Below, piece by piece: positions 1 to 9,783 of a DNA stretch of 64,000 nt (position 1 is the stretch's first letter; each line of letters begins with the position of its first letter). The DNA is from Rhizomicrobium sp. (GTDB lineage: Bacteria; Pseudomonadota; Alphaproteobacteria; Micropepsales; Micropepsaceae). The position numbers were made by a program, and so were the translations under genes. The DNA is taken from NCBI GenBank assembly GCA_036268825.1, contig DATATK010000130.1:132-64131 (forward strand), read 5' to 3'. Below the pieces are notes generated by a model. It made no database searches, had not been told where the DNA came from, and was given only the letters and a program-made list of their open reading frames with translations.

Positions 1-1
1 G

Positions 2-2902
2 CCGGAAGAGGATGTGCTGCAAGGCATTCCCGGCGTGCAGGAGATGGACGGCTACGCCAACAATGGCGGCGGCTACATCAACCTGACCTTCGCCCTCGGC
101 ACCGACATGCAGACGACGCTCGTCGACGTGGTCGGCCGCCTTAACCGCCTGCCGCCGCTGCCCGCCGACGCGCAGAAGCCGTTCATCCAGCTCGCCAACA
201 CCCAGGATTCCAACGCGACGCTGATCTACATCTTCATGCAGAAGCTGCCGGGCAACACCCGCGACGTGAACGACTACCAGCAGTTCCTGAAGGACGACGT
301 GATCCCGCGCCTCGAAGCGGTGCCCGGCGTCGGCTCGGCGCAGATCAATTCCAACGGCGGCACCGATGAGCTCGACATCGTGTTCGATCCGATGCGCGCC
401 GCCCAGCTCGGCATCCAGATCCCTAAGATGGCGCAGCAGATCAGCGGCGCCGAAGACGTCTCCGGCGGCACGATCGATGTGGGCAAGCGGCAATACGGGC
501 TCGAATTCCGCGGGCGCTATTCCGTTGCGGACCTCAAGAACCTCGTGCTCGAATGGCGCGACGGCAAGCCCGTCTATCTGGGCGACATCGCCGACGTCCA
601 TATCGGCCGCAGCAAGGCCACCGGCTTCGCCTATCAGGACGGCAACCCCGCCCTCGGCATGAACGTCTTCCGCCAGACCGGCGCGAACGTGCTGTCCACC
701 GTCAACGCGGTGAAGGCAGAGGTTGCCAAGATCAACGACGGGCCGGCGAAGGAACAGGGCGTCACGCTGCAATATTCCTTCGACCCGTCGCACTTCATCG
801 ACCAGGCCGTGGGCATGGTGACCTCCGACCTGGTCATCGGCATCCTGCTGGCCGTCGGCGTGCTGTGGTTCTTCCTGCGCGAATGGCGCGGCACGCTGAT
901 CATCTCCAGCGCGATCCCGATCTGCCTGTGCGCGACGGTGCTGCTGCTCAACCTCGCCGGCCGCTCGCTCAACGTGATCTCGCTGGCGGGCCTGGCTTTC
1001 GCCACCGGCATGGTTCTCGACGCGGCCATTGTCTGTTTCGAGAACATATTGCGCCTGCGCGAGCGCGGCATGCCGGGCGCCGAAGCCTCGCAGACCGGCA
1101 CCGACCAGGTCTGGGGCGCCCTGCTCGCCTCCACCGCCACCAACATCGCGATCTTCCTGCCGGTGATCTTCCTGAAGGACGTCGAAGGCCAGCTTTTCGC
1201 AGACTTGGCGCTCACCATCGCCTTCGCCGTGTTCGTGTCGCTGATCGTGGCGATCACGGTGGTGCCGGTGGCGTCGATGCTGTTCCTGAAGACGCGGCCG
1301 AGAGTGTCCGAACTCAGCAATGTCTGGCGCCGCATCACCAATTTCGTCATGGCCCTCACCGACACGCCGCGCCAGCGCACCTTCTGGATCGTTACGCTGA
1401 TCCTGGGCTCCGCGCTCGGCTCCTACCTCCTGATGCCGCCACTCCACTACCTGCCGCAGGTCAAGCGCGCGGCGATCGACGGCTTCATCCAGTTTCCCGC
1501 CGACACGACGACGGATTTCGCGTACAAGAACTACGCCCAGCCGGTCATCGACCGCCTCACGCCCTACTGGAAAGGCGACAAGCAGCCCAAGCTGCTCAAC
1601 TATTTCATCAAGATGGACGGGCCGGGCTTCATCGATCTCGCCGTGCGCGTACCCAACGATTCCGATTTCCCACAACTGGAACAGATCGTCCGCAACGACG
1701 TGATCCGCGACCTGCCCGACGCGCAGGCCTTCGCCCAGATGGGCAGCCTGTTCGGCGGCTTCGACGCGGGCGGCGGCATCTCGATCAACATCCAGTCCAA
1801 CGACGCCAATGCAATGCGCGCCGCTGCCCGCAAGGGCTTCGACCTGCTCAGCAAGGAATTCCCGGACGGCGTGCTCAACACCAACCCCTCGCTCGACTAC
1901 GATCAAGCCCAGCTCAAGCTGACGCCCGACGACCGCTCCATCGCCGAAGTCGGCTGGACGCGGCCCGATGTCGGCACCGTGGTGCAGGCGCTCGGCGAAG
2001 GCGCCTATGTTGGTCAGCGTTACGACGGCGAACGCCAGCTCTTCCTCATCCTCAAGGCGCAGACGATCGCCTCGCCCGACGCGGTGGCCAACACGCCGGT
2101 CGCGACGCCCAGCGGCGGCGTGGTGCCCTTCAGCCATGTCGCGCACATGCAGAAGACGCTGGCGCCCTCCGGCACCTATCGCCTCGACCGGCGCCCGACC
2201 TACGCGATCCAGTTCCAGCCGCCGCGCGGCATGGCGCTGTCCGAAGTGATGGCCAAGGTGCGCAGCGATATCGAGCCGCAGATCCGCAAGCTGTTGCCGC
2301 CCGACGGCACCGTCACCTACGGCGCCGCGGCCGACCATCTCGACAACGCGCTGTGGAACATGGGCAAGAATTTCGGCCTCGCCGTGCTCCTGCTGTTCCT
2401 GATCATGGCGGCGCTGTTCAAGTCCGTCTGGGACTCCGCCATCGCCACCATCGCGCTGCCGCTCGGCGTCGTCGGCGGCATGGCGGCGTTGCGCATCCTC
2501 GGGCTCTTCACCTTCCAGCCGCTCGACCTGATCACCATGATCGGCTTCATCATCGTGCTGGGGCTGGTGGTGAACAACACGATCCTGCTCGTCGCCCGCA
2601 CGCGGCAGGCGGAAGCGGAAGGCATGAACCGGATGGATGCCGTCCGCTCCAGCCTGGAAACCCGCCTGCGCCCGATCTTTTCGTCCACCCTCACCGGCAT
2701 TTTCGGCATGCTGCCGCTGGTTTTCGTGCCCGGGCCGGGAGCGGAGATCTATCGCGGGCTTGGCGCGGTGATCGTCGGCGGTCTATTGATCAGCCACGTT
2801 TTCACGCTGGTTCTCATGCCGGCGCTGCTGCGCATCGGTGAAAAAGAGTCGGCACAACGCCAAGCGCCCATCACATCCTCTCCCTTCAGGAATGCCGCAT
2901 GA
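2..2902 (+). CDS. RND efflux transporter permease (AcrB/AcrD/AcrF family), 5'-truncated at window edge
   Basis: Frame is open from position 2. Two-repeat TM architecture; motifs LNVISLAGLAFATGMVLDAAIV..ENI and RLRPIFSSTLTGIFGMLPL. Confidence 0.93.
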   Translation, partial: PEEDVLQGIPGVQEMDGYANNGGGYINLTFALGTDMQTTLVDVVGRLNRLPPLPADAQKPFIQLANTQDSNATLIYIFMQKLPGNTRDVNDYQQFLKDDVIPRLEAVPGVGSAQINSNGGTDELDIVFDPMRAAQLGIQIPKMAQQISGAEDVSGGTIDVGKRQYGLEFRGRYSVADLKNLVLEWRDGKPVYLGDIADVHIGRSKATGFAYQDGNPALGMNVFRQTGANVLSTVNAVKAEVAKINDGPAKEQGVTLQYSFDPSHFIDQAVGMVTSDLVIGILLAVGVLWFFLREWRGTLIISSAIPICLCATVLLLNLAGRSLNVISLAGLAFATGMVLDAAIVCFENILRLRERGMPGAEASQTGTDQVWGALLASTATNIAIFLPVIFLKDVEGQLFADLALTIAFAVFVSLIVAITVVPVASMLFLKTRPRVSELSNVWRRITNFVMALTDTPRQRTFWIVTLILGSALGSYLLMPPLHYLPQVKRAAIDGFIQFPADTTTDFAYKNYAQPVIDRLTPYWKGDKQPKLLNYFIKMDGPGFIDLAVRVPNDSDFPQLEQIVRNDVIRDLPDAQAFAQMGSLFGGFDAGGGISINIQSNDANAMRAAARKGFDLLSKEFPDGVLNTNPSLDYDQAQLKLTPDDRSIAEVGWTRPDVGTVVQALGEGAYVGQRYDGERQLFLILKAQTIASPDAVANTPVATPSGGVVPFSHVAHMQKTLAPSGTYRLDRRPTYAIQFQPPRGMALSEVMAKVRSDIEPQIRKLLPPDGTVTYGAAADHLDNALWNMGKNFGLAVLLLFLIMAALFKSVWDSAIATIALPLGVVGGMAALRILGLFTFQPLDLITMIGFIIVLGLVVNNTILLVARTRQAEAEGMNRMDAVRSSLETRLRPIFSSTLTGIFGMLPLVFVPGPGAEIYRGLGAVIVGGLLISHVFTLVLMPALLRIGEKESAQRQAPITSSPFRNAA

Positions 2903-3948
2903 CGATGAAGTTCTCCCTTGCCACCTTCGCCCTCGTCGCCAGCGTGTCCTTCGCACTCGCGCAGCAGGCTGCGGCCCCGCCGCCCTCGGTGGGCGTGGTC
3001 TCCGCCAGGAGCATGCGCATGGCGCCCAAGATGGCGATGCCCGGCACGGTGATGGCGCGCAACGATTCCCACCTCGCCTCCGAAGTCACTGGCCGTGTCG
3101 CCTGGGTGGCGGAGGTCGGCGCCATCGTGAAGGAAGGCGACGTCGTCGCGCGCATCGATCCTACCAACGCCACGCTGCAACTGAGCGCAGATCGCGCCAA
3201 TGTCGCCAAGCTCGCAGCGCAACTGCGCTACGACCGCAGCCAGGCGCAGCGCATGCAGACGCTGTTCAGCCAGAACGCCATCGCGAAATCGACGCGCGAC
3301 CAGGCCGCGTCGTCGCGCGACGAGGACGCCGCCGCGCTGGCGCAGGCGCAGGCCATTCTCGGCCAGAGCCAATACGCCTCCGACCACGGCGAAATCCGCG
3401 CGCCGTTTCCCGGCCGCGTGGTGCAGCGCCTGATCAACGCCGGCGAATATGCGACGCCCGGCAAGGACATCGTCCGCCTCGTCGACACCGGCAACATCGA
3501 AGTGAGCTTCCAGACACCGATCGACTCCGCGCGCTTCCTGCGCGAAGGCATGCCGATCACCGCCGTGATCGAGGACAAGCCCGTCGCCACCACCGTGCGC
3601 GCCATCGTGCCGGTGGGCGACGTCGCCAGCCGCACCATCGAAGTGCGCCTCAGCCTTCCCGCGGGCTCAGCTTTCGTGGGCGACGCCGCCAAGGTGCTGA
3701 TCCCGTCCGCCACGCCCCGCCAGGTCATCGCCGTGCCGCGCGACGCGCTCGTGCTGCGCGAGGACAACACCTATGTCTTCAAAGTCGACAAGAAAGACCA
3801 GGCCCAGCGCGTCGCTGTCGAAACGGGCTCCGAAGACGGCGCCATGGTCGAAGTCAAAGGCGCCATCGCCTCCGGCGACCGCGTCATCGTCCGCGGCGCC
3901 GAACGGCTGGAGACGGGGCAAAAGGTCCGCGCGGTGATGGCGTCGTAG
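2899..3948 (+). CDS. RND periplasmic adaptor (membrane fusion protein)
   Basis: Signal peptide, lipoyl halves (EVTGRV..VKEGDVVARID; IRAPFPGRV), coiled coil, C-terminal GDRVIVRG; ATGA overlap with the RND gene. Confidence 0.92.
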   Translation: MTMKFSLATFALVASVSFALAQQAAAPPPSVGVVSARSMRMAPKMAMPGTVMARNDSHLASEVTGRVAWVAEVGAIVKEGDVVARIDPTNATLQLSADRANVAKLAAQLRYDRSQAQRMQTLFSQNAIAKSTRDQAASSRDEDAAALAQAQAILGQSQYASDHGEIRAPFPGRVVQRLINAGEYATPGKDIVRLVDTGNIEVSFQTPIDSARFLREGMPITAVIEDKPVATTVRAIVPVGDVASRTIEVRLSLPAGSAFVGDAAKVLIPSATPRQVIAVPRDALVLREDNTYVFKVDKKDQAQRVAVETGSEDGAMVEVKGAIASGDRVIVRGAERLETGQKVRAVMAS

Positions 3949-3967
3949 TATCGCCAGCAGCGCTCCG

Positions 3968-6613
3968 CTATGCCAGACGCGAGACGGCGTCCTTGAGGCG
4001 GATGGCCAGCGCCGCCGCGTCGGCGCGTTTTTCGCGCTGTTCGGTCAGCACCTCTTCCGGCGCGCGCGAGACGAACTGCTCGTTGGAGAGTTTGGCGTCG
4101 AAGCGGGCGATCTCGTCTTCGGCCTTCTTAAGTTCCTTTTCGAGGCGCGCGCGTTCCTTCGCGAAATCGATCACGTCGCCGAGCGGGAGCGCGACCGTCG
4201 CCTCGCCGAGCACGAATTGCGCGGAGCCTTGCGGCAGCCCGTCCGCCGCGTGGGCGGAGGCGAGACGCGCGAGGGTCATGATCACATCGCGATTGCGGTC
4301 GAGACGTGCGCGGCTTTCGGGCGCGGCGTCCTTCAGCACCATCGCGATTTTAGCCGACGGCGGCACGTTCATCTCGGAACGGATCGAGCGGATGCCGGAG
4401 ATCAGATCGATGACCCAACCCATTTCGGCCATGGCAGGCACATCTTGATGGATGGTACTCAGACCCGGCCAAGGCCATTCGGCTTCGATTAAAAGAGTAC
4501 TCCGCGGTTCAACGTTATCGGCCGTTCGCGTCCAAAGCTCCTCAGTAATAAAGGGTATGAAGGGATGGAGTAACTTCAAGATATTATCACGAACGAAAGC
4601 AGCTGTCGCGCGCGTTTCGCCTTTTGCCACGTCATCGTCGCCATTGAAAATGGGCTTGGCTAGTTCCAGGTACCAATCACAAAATGAGTCCCACACAAAG
4701 TGATAGGCTTCGGCGGCAGCGTCGTTGAAGCGAAGAAGCAACAACATATCGTTGATCGCATATGCTGAACTTCTCAGCTCGCTCAGTATCCATCTATTCA
4801 TGGGTAACGTCATCGCGGCCGGATCGAACCCGGCGACGGTCTCGCAGCCGTTCATCTCGCAGAAGCGCGCGGCGTTCCACAGTTTGGTGCAGAAGTTGCG
4901 GTTGATCTCGACGCGGCTGGGCCCGATGCGCATGTCGCGGCCCTGCCCCGCGGCCAGCGCCAGCGTGAAGCGCAGCGCGTCCGCGCCGTATTCGTCGATC
5001 AGCGTGATGGGATCGACCACGTTGCCCTTGGTCTTGGACATCTTCACGCCCGCCTCGTCCAGCACGCGGGTGTGGATGAAGACGGTGTGGAACGGCACAT
5101 CGTCCAGGAACCACAGCCCCATCATCATCATGCGGGCGACCCAGAAGAAGATGATGTCGAACCCGGTGACGAGCACGTTGGTCGGATAATAGCGCGCCAA
5201 TTCCGGCGTCTCATCCGGCCAACCCAGTGTGGAGAACGGCCAAAGCGCGGAGGAGAACCAGGTGTCGAGCACGTCCGGATCGCGCGTCAGCGTTTTGCCG
5301 GGCGCTTGCGCCTGCGCTTCGTCTTCGGTTTCGGCGCAATAAATCTTGCCGTCCGCGTCGTACCAAACCGGAATCTGATGCCCCCACCACAACTGGCGCG
5401 AGATGCACCAGGGGTGGATGTTGCGCATCCAGTTGAAATAGACGCCGGCCCAATTCTCCGGCACGAATTTGGTGCGGCCATCCTCGACCGCCTTGATCGC
5501 CTTCTCGGCGAGCGGCTGAACGTTGAGATACCATTGCTCCGTCATGAACGGTTCGAGCACGACGGTCTTGGTCTTCTCGTCGTGCGGCACGGCGTGGGTG
5601 ATGGGCTCGATCTTCGCGACCAGCTCCATCGCTTCGAGATCGGCGACAATGGTCTTGCGCGCCACGAACCGGTCGAGCCCGCGATAGGGCTCGGGCACGC
5701 TGTCGTTCAACGTGCCGTCCTTGTTGAGGATGTTGATCAGCGGCAGGTTGTGCCGCTTGCCGACTTCGAAGTCGTTGAAGTCATGGCCGGGCGTGATCTT
5801 CACCGCGCCTGTGCCCTTTTCGGGATCGGAATGCTCGTCGGCGACGATGGGGATCAGCCTGTTGGCCAGCGGCACGCGCACCTGCTTGCCGATCAGCGCG
5901 GTGTAACGTTCGTCACCCGGATGCACGGCGACGGCCGTGTCGCCCAGCATCGTTTCCGGGCGTGTGGTGGCGACAGTGATGAACTGCCCCGCCTGCCCTT
6001 CGATGGGATATTTGATGTACCAGAGGTGCCCCTTCATCTCGATGCTTTCGACTTCGAGATCGGACACCGCGGTCTGCAGCCGCGGGTCCCAGTTCACCAG
6101 GCGCTTGTCCTTGTAGATCAGACCCTGCCTGTAGAGCTCGACGAAAACCTTGAGCACGGCGCGGCTCAAGCCCTCGTCCATCGTGAAGCGGTCGCGCGAC
6201 CAGTCCGCGCTCGCCCCTAAGCGGCGCTGCTGCTGGCCGATCGCGCCGCCGGATTCCTCTTTCCACTTCCACACCGCTTCGAGGAATTTCTCGCGGCCCA
6301 AGGAGACGCGGCTGATCTGGCGCTCGGCCAGCTGGCGCTCGACGATCAATTGCGTGGCGATGCCGGCATGGTCCGTGCCAGGCTGCCACAGCACGTCCTT
6401 GCCGCGCATCCGCTCGAAGCGGGCGAGCGCGTCCTGCAGCGTGTTGTTCAGCGCATGGCCGATATGGAGCCGGCCCGTCACGTTGGGTGGCGGAATCACG
6501 ATAGCGAACGCCTCGGCGCCCGGCCGCCGCCCAGCCTGGAACGCGCCGGAGTCTTCCCACGCCTTGTAGATCCGGCGTTCGGCTTCCTGGGGATCGAAAG
6601 ATTTGTCGAGCAT
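3968..6613 (-). CDS. valS: Valine--tRNA ligase
   Basis: PPPNVTGRLHIGH (HIGH), KMSKTKGN (KMSKS), ATTRPET, WCISRQLWWGH, C-terminal coiled coil. Confidence 0.98.
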   Translation of the reverse strand: MLDKSFDPQEAERRIYKAWEDSGAFQAGRRPGAEAFAIVIPPPNVTGRLHIGHALNNTLQDALARFERMRGKDVLWQPGTDHAGIATQLIVERQLAERQISRVSLGREKFLEAVWKWKEESGGAIGQQQRRLGASADWSRDRFTMDEGLSRAVLKVFVELYRQGLIYKDKRLVNWDPRLQTAVSDLEVESIEMKGHLWYIKYPIEGQAGQFITVATTRPETMLGDTAVAVHPGDERYTALIGKQVRVPLANRLIPIVADEHSDPEKGTGAVKITPGHDFNDFEVGKRHNLPLINILNKDGTLNDSVPEPYRGLDRFVARKTIVADLEAMELVAKIEPITHAVPHDEKTKTVVLEPFMTEQWYLNVQPLAEKAIKAVEDGRTKFVPENWAGVYFNWMRNIHPWCISRQLWWGHQIPVWYDADGKIYCAETEDEAQAQAPGKTLTRDPDVLDTWFSSALWPFSTLGWPDETPELARYYPTNVLVTGFDIIFFWVARMMMMGLWFLDDVPFHTVFIHTRVLDEAGVKMSKTKGNVVDPITLIDEYGADALRFTLALAAGQGRDMRIGPSRVEINRNFCTKLWNAARFCEMNGCETVAGFDPAAMTLPMNRWILSELRSSAYAINDMLLLLRFNDAAAEAYHFVWDSFCDWYLELAKPIFNGDDDVAKGETRATAAFVRDNILKLLHPFIPFITEELWTRTADNVEPRSTLLIEAEWPWPGLSTIHQDVPAMAEMGWVIDLISGIRSIRSEMNVPPSAKIAMVLKDAAPESRARLDRNRDVIMTLARLASAHAADGLPQGSAQFVLGEATVALPLGDVIDFAKERARLEKELKKAEDEIARFDAKLSNEQFVSRAPEEVLTEQREKRADAAALAIRLKDAVSRLA

Positions 6614-6634
6614 GCAGTTCCTCTAACACAAATC

Positions 6635-6776
6635 CACCCTCCCCTTGAGGGAGGTCGAAATCTTATCGAGCATAGCGAGAAAAGATTTCGGGGAGGGGGC
6701 GACGGCTCAATGGCTGAGCTGGACCCCTCCCCGAAAAATCCATCGGATTTTTCGACCCTCCCTCAAGGGGAGGGTG
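6635..6776. repeat. Branched palindromic intergenic repeat, subfamily I
   Basis: CACCCTCCCCTTGAGGGAGG...TTTCGGGGAGGGG...CCCCTCCCCGAAAA...CCTCCCTCAAGGGGAGGGTG; homologous copies at 19721 and 35308. Confidence 0.9.
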
Positions 6777-6785
6777 AAAGGGCGC

Positions 6786-7463
6786 TCAGCGCCGGCCGCG
6801 CGCTTTTACGGCGCGGGACACTTCGTCCCGTACGGCGCCTTCGAGCAGCGCGGGGAAATGGTCGTCCATCCATTCGCGGATCAGCGGCTTCATGGCGGCG
6901 ATCAGCTCATCCTTCTGGCCGGACATCCACTGGTCGATATGGGGGCCGACAGCATTGCTGACGGCGCGCTCGAATACCGCCTCGACCGAGTCTCCGTCCG
7001 GCGCGGGGCGCGGGGCGAAGCCGGAGGCTGACGAACGGGCGGGCTCCGGCTCGTCCGCCGGGGCGTCTAGACCGGCGAAGGCGTCGTCGAGCGCCTTGCG
7101 GGACTTCTCGGAGAAGATTCCGTCCGTCGTGACAGCAGCTGCGACGGGCGCCGGCTTAGGCTCCTCGACCGTCTTAAATTCGATGTCTTCGGCGGGCTTC
7201 GCGGGCGCTTCGGCAACAGGGGCCGGCGCGGCCATCTGAACCGGCGCGGGCGCGGGCTCTTCTTCCACTTCCTGCGTCAGTTCCAGCACGTCCGCCTCTT
7301 CGGGCTCGAACGCCTTGAGCGAGGGGGTCGTCGCGGTCGCCATGGTCGGCGGCGCCACGGGCGTGGTTGCGGCGGGCGCCTCGTTGGAATCCTCGGAGAT
7401 GATCTTGCGGATCGACGCCAGGATTTCTTCCATCGTGGGTTCGTGCTGCGGATTTGACGCCAT
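6786..7463 (-). CDS. popZ: Polar organizing protein PopZ (DUF2497)
   Basis: N-terminal EPTMEEILASIRKIISED, acidic Pro-rich linker, C-terminal KPLIREWMDDHFPALLE; lies between tolC and valS. Confidence 0.9.
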   Translation of the reverse strand: MASNPQHEPTMEEILASIRKIISEDSNEAPAATTPVAPPTMATATTPSLKAFEPEEADVLELTQEVEEEPAPAPVQMAAPAPVAEAPAKPAEDIEFKTVEEPKPAPVAAAVTTDGIFSEKSRKALDDAFAGLDAPADEPEPARSSASGFAPRPAPDGDSVEAVFERAVSNAVGPHIDQWMSGQKDELIAAMKPLIREWMDDHFPALLEGAVRDEVSRAVKARGRR

Positions 7464-7560
7464 GAATTCTACTCCGGCCGCGGGGGTGCATCGGGACCGT
7501 AGGACAGTTGCCGAAAGAAGAAAAGACGAAGTTAACGGCCGCGCAGCGATTCCGGCGCGG

Positions 7561-8943
7561 TCAGTCCCCGAAACCGAACCAGCGGTTGGAATCCTCGTCA
7601 TAATGCTTCTGCGGATCGTAATATTTGACTTGCAGCGTGAGCGATTGCGCGGTCAGCTTGCCCATCGCCGACAGAAGCTGGAACGCGGCCACGGTGGCGT
7701 CGCGTTCCGCATCGACCTCGGCCACCTCGGCATTCAGCAATTCCTGCTCGGCGTTGAGCACATCCAGAACCGTGCGCGTGCCGACCTGCTGCTCCTGGCG
7801 CACGCCATCGAGCGCGGTCTGGTCGGCGGCGACTTCCGTGCGCTGCGATGCGATAGACGCCACCGCCGCGCGATAGCTTTCCCAGGCGCTGCGCGTTGCA
7901 TCCAGCACCTGGCGCTCCGCATCGGCGATCGCGAGCCGGGCCTGCGAGCGCTGTTCCTTGGACTGGCGCAACTGCGCCTCGTCCGCGCCGCCCTGATAGA
8001 TCGGCACCGTCACCTGGCCGATGACGGCGGTGACGCGGTTGGTCTGGGTGTTGGGATTGGCGAAGCCGGTCGGCTGGCCTTGCGCATATTGGTATTCGCC
8101 CTGCACCGCGACCTGCGGCTGCATCGCGGCGGCCGCGTCGTCCACCGCGTAATCTGCGGCCTTGGCGTTCTCCTGCGCCTGCAACAGGAACGGGCTGATC
8201 TTGAGCGCGATCTGGACCGCCTCGTCCAGGGTCGCCGGCATGACCGGCATCGGCGGGCGCTGCTCCAGCGTCTCCGCCGGCCGGCCGATCGTATGCTCGA
8301 AGCTGGACCGGCTCACTTGCAGCTGGCCTTGCGCATTCACCAGATCGGCCTGCGCGCCGGACAGCCGCGCCCGCGCCTGCGCCACGTCGGTGAGGGTGAG
8401 CTCGCCGACCTTACGCTGCTCCACGGTGGCATCGAGCTGCTTCTGCAGGTCCGCGACGTTGGTCTGCTTCAGCTTGAGCGATTTGGCATCGCGCACCACG
8501 TCCATATAGGCGGTGACGGCGTCGAGCAGCACGTTCTCTTCGGTGTTGGTGAGCTGCGCGCGCCCGGCGCGGACCTGCGCCTTCGCGCGGCCCACCTCGG
8601 CCACGGTTCGGCCGCCGCGATAGAGTGGCTGGGAGACGACGATCTGGCTGGTCAGTGGATGGGTCAGCTGGGGGATGTGCAGCGTGTTGCTGAAGCTCGC
8701 ATCGTTGTTGTCGAAGCCGTAGGTGCCCTGGGCGTTGATCGTCGGGCGCCAGCCGGCATTGGCCTGGGGCACGTTCTCGTCGGTGGCGCGCAGGGAGGCG
8801 CGCTGGGCGTCGAGCTGGGGGTTGGTCTCGTAGGCCACGCCGAGGGCGTCGCGCAGGGTGAAGATATCGGTCGCGCCCGCGAGGCCCGGCAGGCCAATGG
8901 CCGCCAGCGCGCATGCGCAGACAATCGCTCGACTGATCGGCAC
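7561..8943 (-). CDS. TolC-family outer membrane protein
   Basis: Signal peptide, AYETNPQL, GTRTVLDVLNAEQEL; conserved pcm-tolC-popZ synteny. Confidence 0.92.
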   Translation of the reverse strand: MPISRAIVCACALAAIGLPGLAGATDIFTLRDALGVAYETNPQLDAQRASLRATDENVPQANAGWRPTINAQGTYGFDNNDASFSNTLHIPQLTHPLTSQIVVSQPLYRGGRTVAEVGRAKAQVRAGRAQLTNTEENVLLDAVTAYMDVVRDAKSLKLKQTNVADLQKQLDATVEQRKVGELTLTDVAQARARLSGAQADLVNAQGQLQVSRSSFEHTIGRPAETLEQRPPMPVMPATLDEAVQIALKISPFLLQAQENAKAADYAVDDAAAAMQPQVAVQGEYQYAQGQPTGFANPNTQTNRVTAVIGQVTVPIYQGGADEAQLRQSKEQRSQARLAIADAERQVLDATRSAWESYRAAVASIASQRTEVAADQTALDGVRQEQQVGTRTVLDVLNAEQELLNAEVAEVDAERDATVAAFQLLSAMGKLTAQSLTLQVKYYDPQKHYDEDSNRWFGFGD

Positions 8944-8980
8944 CGGGGTCGCCCCTTCAACGGGACCCTAATGTCCTATT

Positions 8981-9634
8981 TTAGAAAACAAATCCAGCGG
9001 GTTGACGAAACCCGGCCAGAACCGCGGCCGCCGCGTCGAAGGAGGCCCAACGGCCGACATGGCCGTCTTCCTTCCGGTACAAGACCGCCTGCCCCTGGGT
9101 TCCATTGCGCTGCACGGCCACCAGCCTGCCGCCCTCGGCCAAATGGGCCAGAAGCGCGTCCGGCGCCTGCTCGATGGCGCCGTTGATGAAGATCACGTCA
9201 TAGGGGGCCCCGGCCCGGTGTCCACCTGCCAACGCGCCCTGGACGATCTGGACATTGGCGAGGCCCACGGCGGGAACCATGTCGGTGGCGACGCGGACCA
9301 GGTCCGCATCCTCTTCCAGCCCGATCACCCGGGAGGCCAGCCTGGCCATCACCGCGGTCGAATAGCCCGTCGTACACCCGACATCGAGTGCCTTGTCCTC
9401 AGGGCGGATCTCCGCAAGCTGCAACAGCTTGGCATAAACCCGCGGCTCCATCAGCGACCGCCCCGGCACCAGCTCCAGCGGCCCATCTTGATACGCCACC
9501 GCCCGGCGCGCGGCGGGAACGAAGCGTTCGCGCGGCACGGTCCGCAACGCCTCCTGCACCCGCACATCCGTCACGTCATTCGTGCGGATCTGGGAATCCA
9601 CCATATTGAGGCGCTGGGCGGCGTAATCGGACAT
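8981..9634 (-). CDS. pcm: Protein-L-isoaspartate O-methyltransferase
   Basis: RLNMVDSQIRTNDV, VPRERFVP, LDVGCTTGYS SAM motif, APYDVIFING. Confidence 0.9.
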   Translation of the reverse strand: MSDYAAQRLNMVDSQIRTNDVTDVRVQEALRTVPRERFVPAARRAVAYQDGPLELVPGRSLMEPRVYAKLLQLAEIRPEDKALDVGCTTGYSTAVMARLASRVIGLEEDADLVRVATDMVPAVGLANVQIVQGALAGGHRAGAPYDVIFINGAIEQAPDALLAHLAEGGRLVAVQRNGTQGQAVLYRKEDGHVGRWASFDAAAAVLAGFRQPAGFVF

Positions 9635-9659
9635 CGTGCGGGTCTCCAACGCGATGGCT

Positions 9660-9734
9660 TGGTGCGCCCTAGGGGAGTCGAACCCCTCTTGCAGGAATGA
9701 AAATCCTGAGTCCTAACCGATAGACGAAGGGCGC
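9660..9734 (-). tRNA. tRNA-Glu (TTC)
   Basis: Reverse complement GCGCCCTTCGTCTATCGGTTAGGAC...CAGGA-TTTTCAT-TCCTG...GGTTCGACTCC...GGGCGCACCA; cloverleaf with encoded CCA. Confidence 0.96.
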
Positions 9735-9783
9735 ATCGGGAGGGGGGCTATACCGGCCCTTTCCGGGCTTGGCAAGCAAACCG

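Noticed and set aside
553-2841. 762-aa Arg-rich alternative-frame ORF and many similar long overlapping ORFs
   Set aside because: Expected artefacts of high-GC codon bias; no recognisable motifs.
4452-4703. Plus-strand ORF within the low-GC valS patch as an overlapping gene
   Set aside because: Short, no RBS, and similar to antisense shadow ORFs elsewhere; does not explain the composition shift.
9660-9734. tRNA-Glu and tRNA-Pro as prophage att sites
   Set aside because: No integrase, phage genes or duplicated tRNA 3' ends seen in the window.
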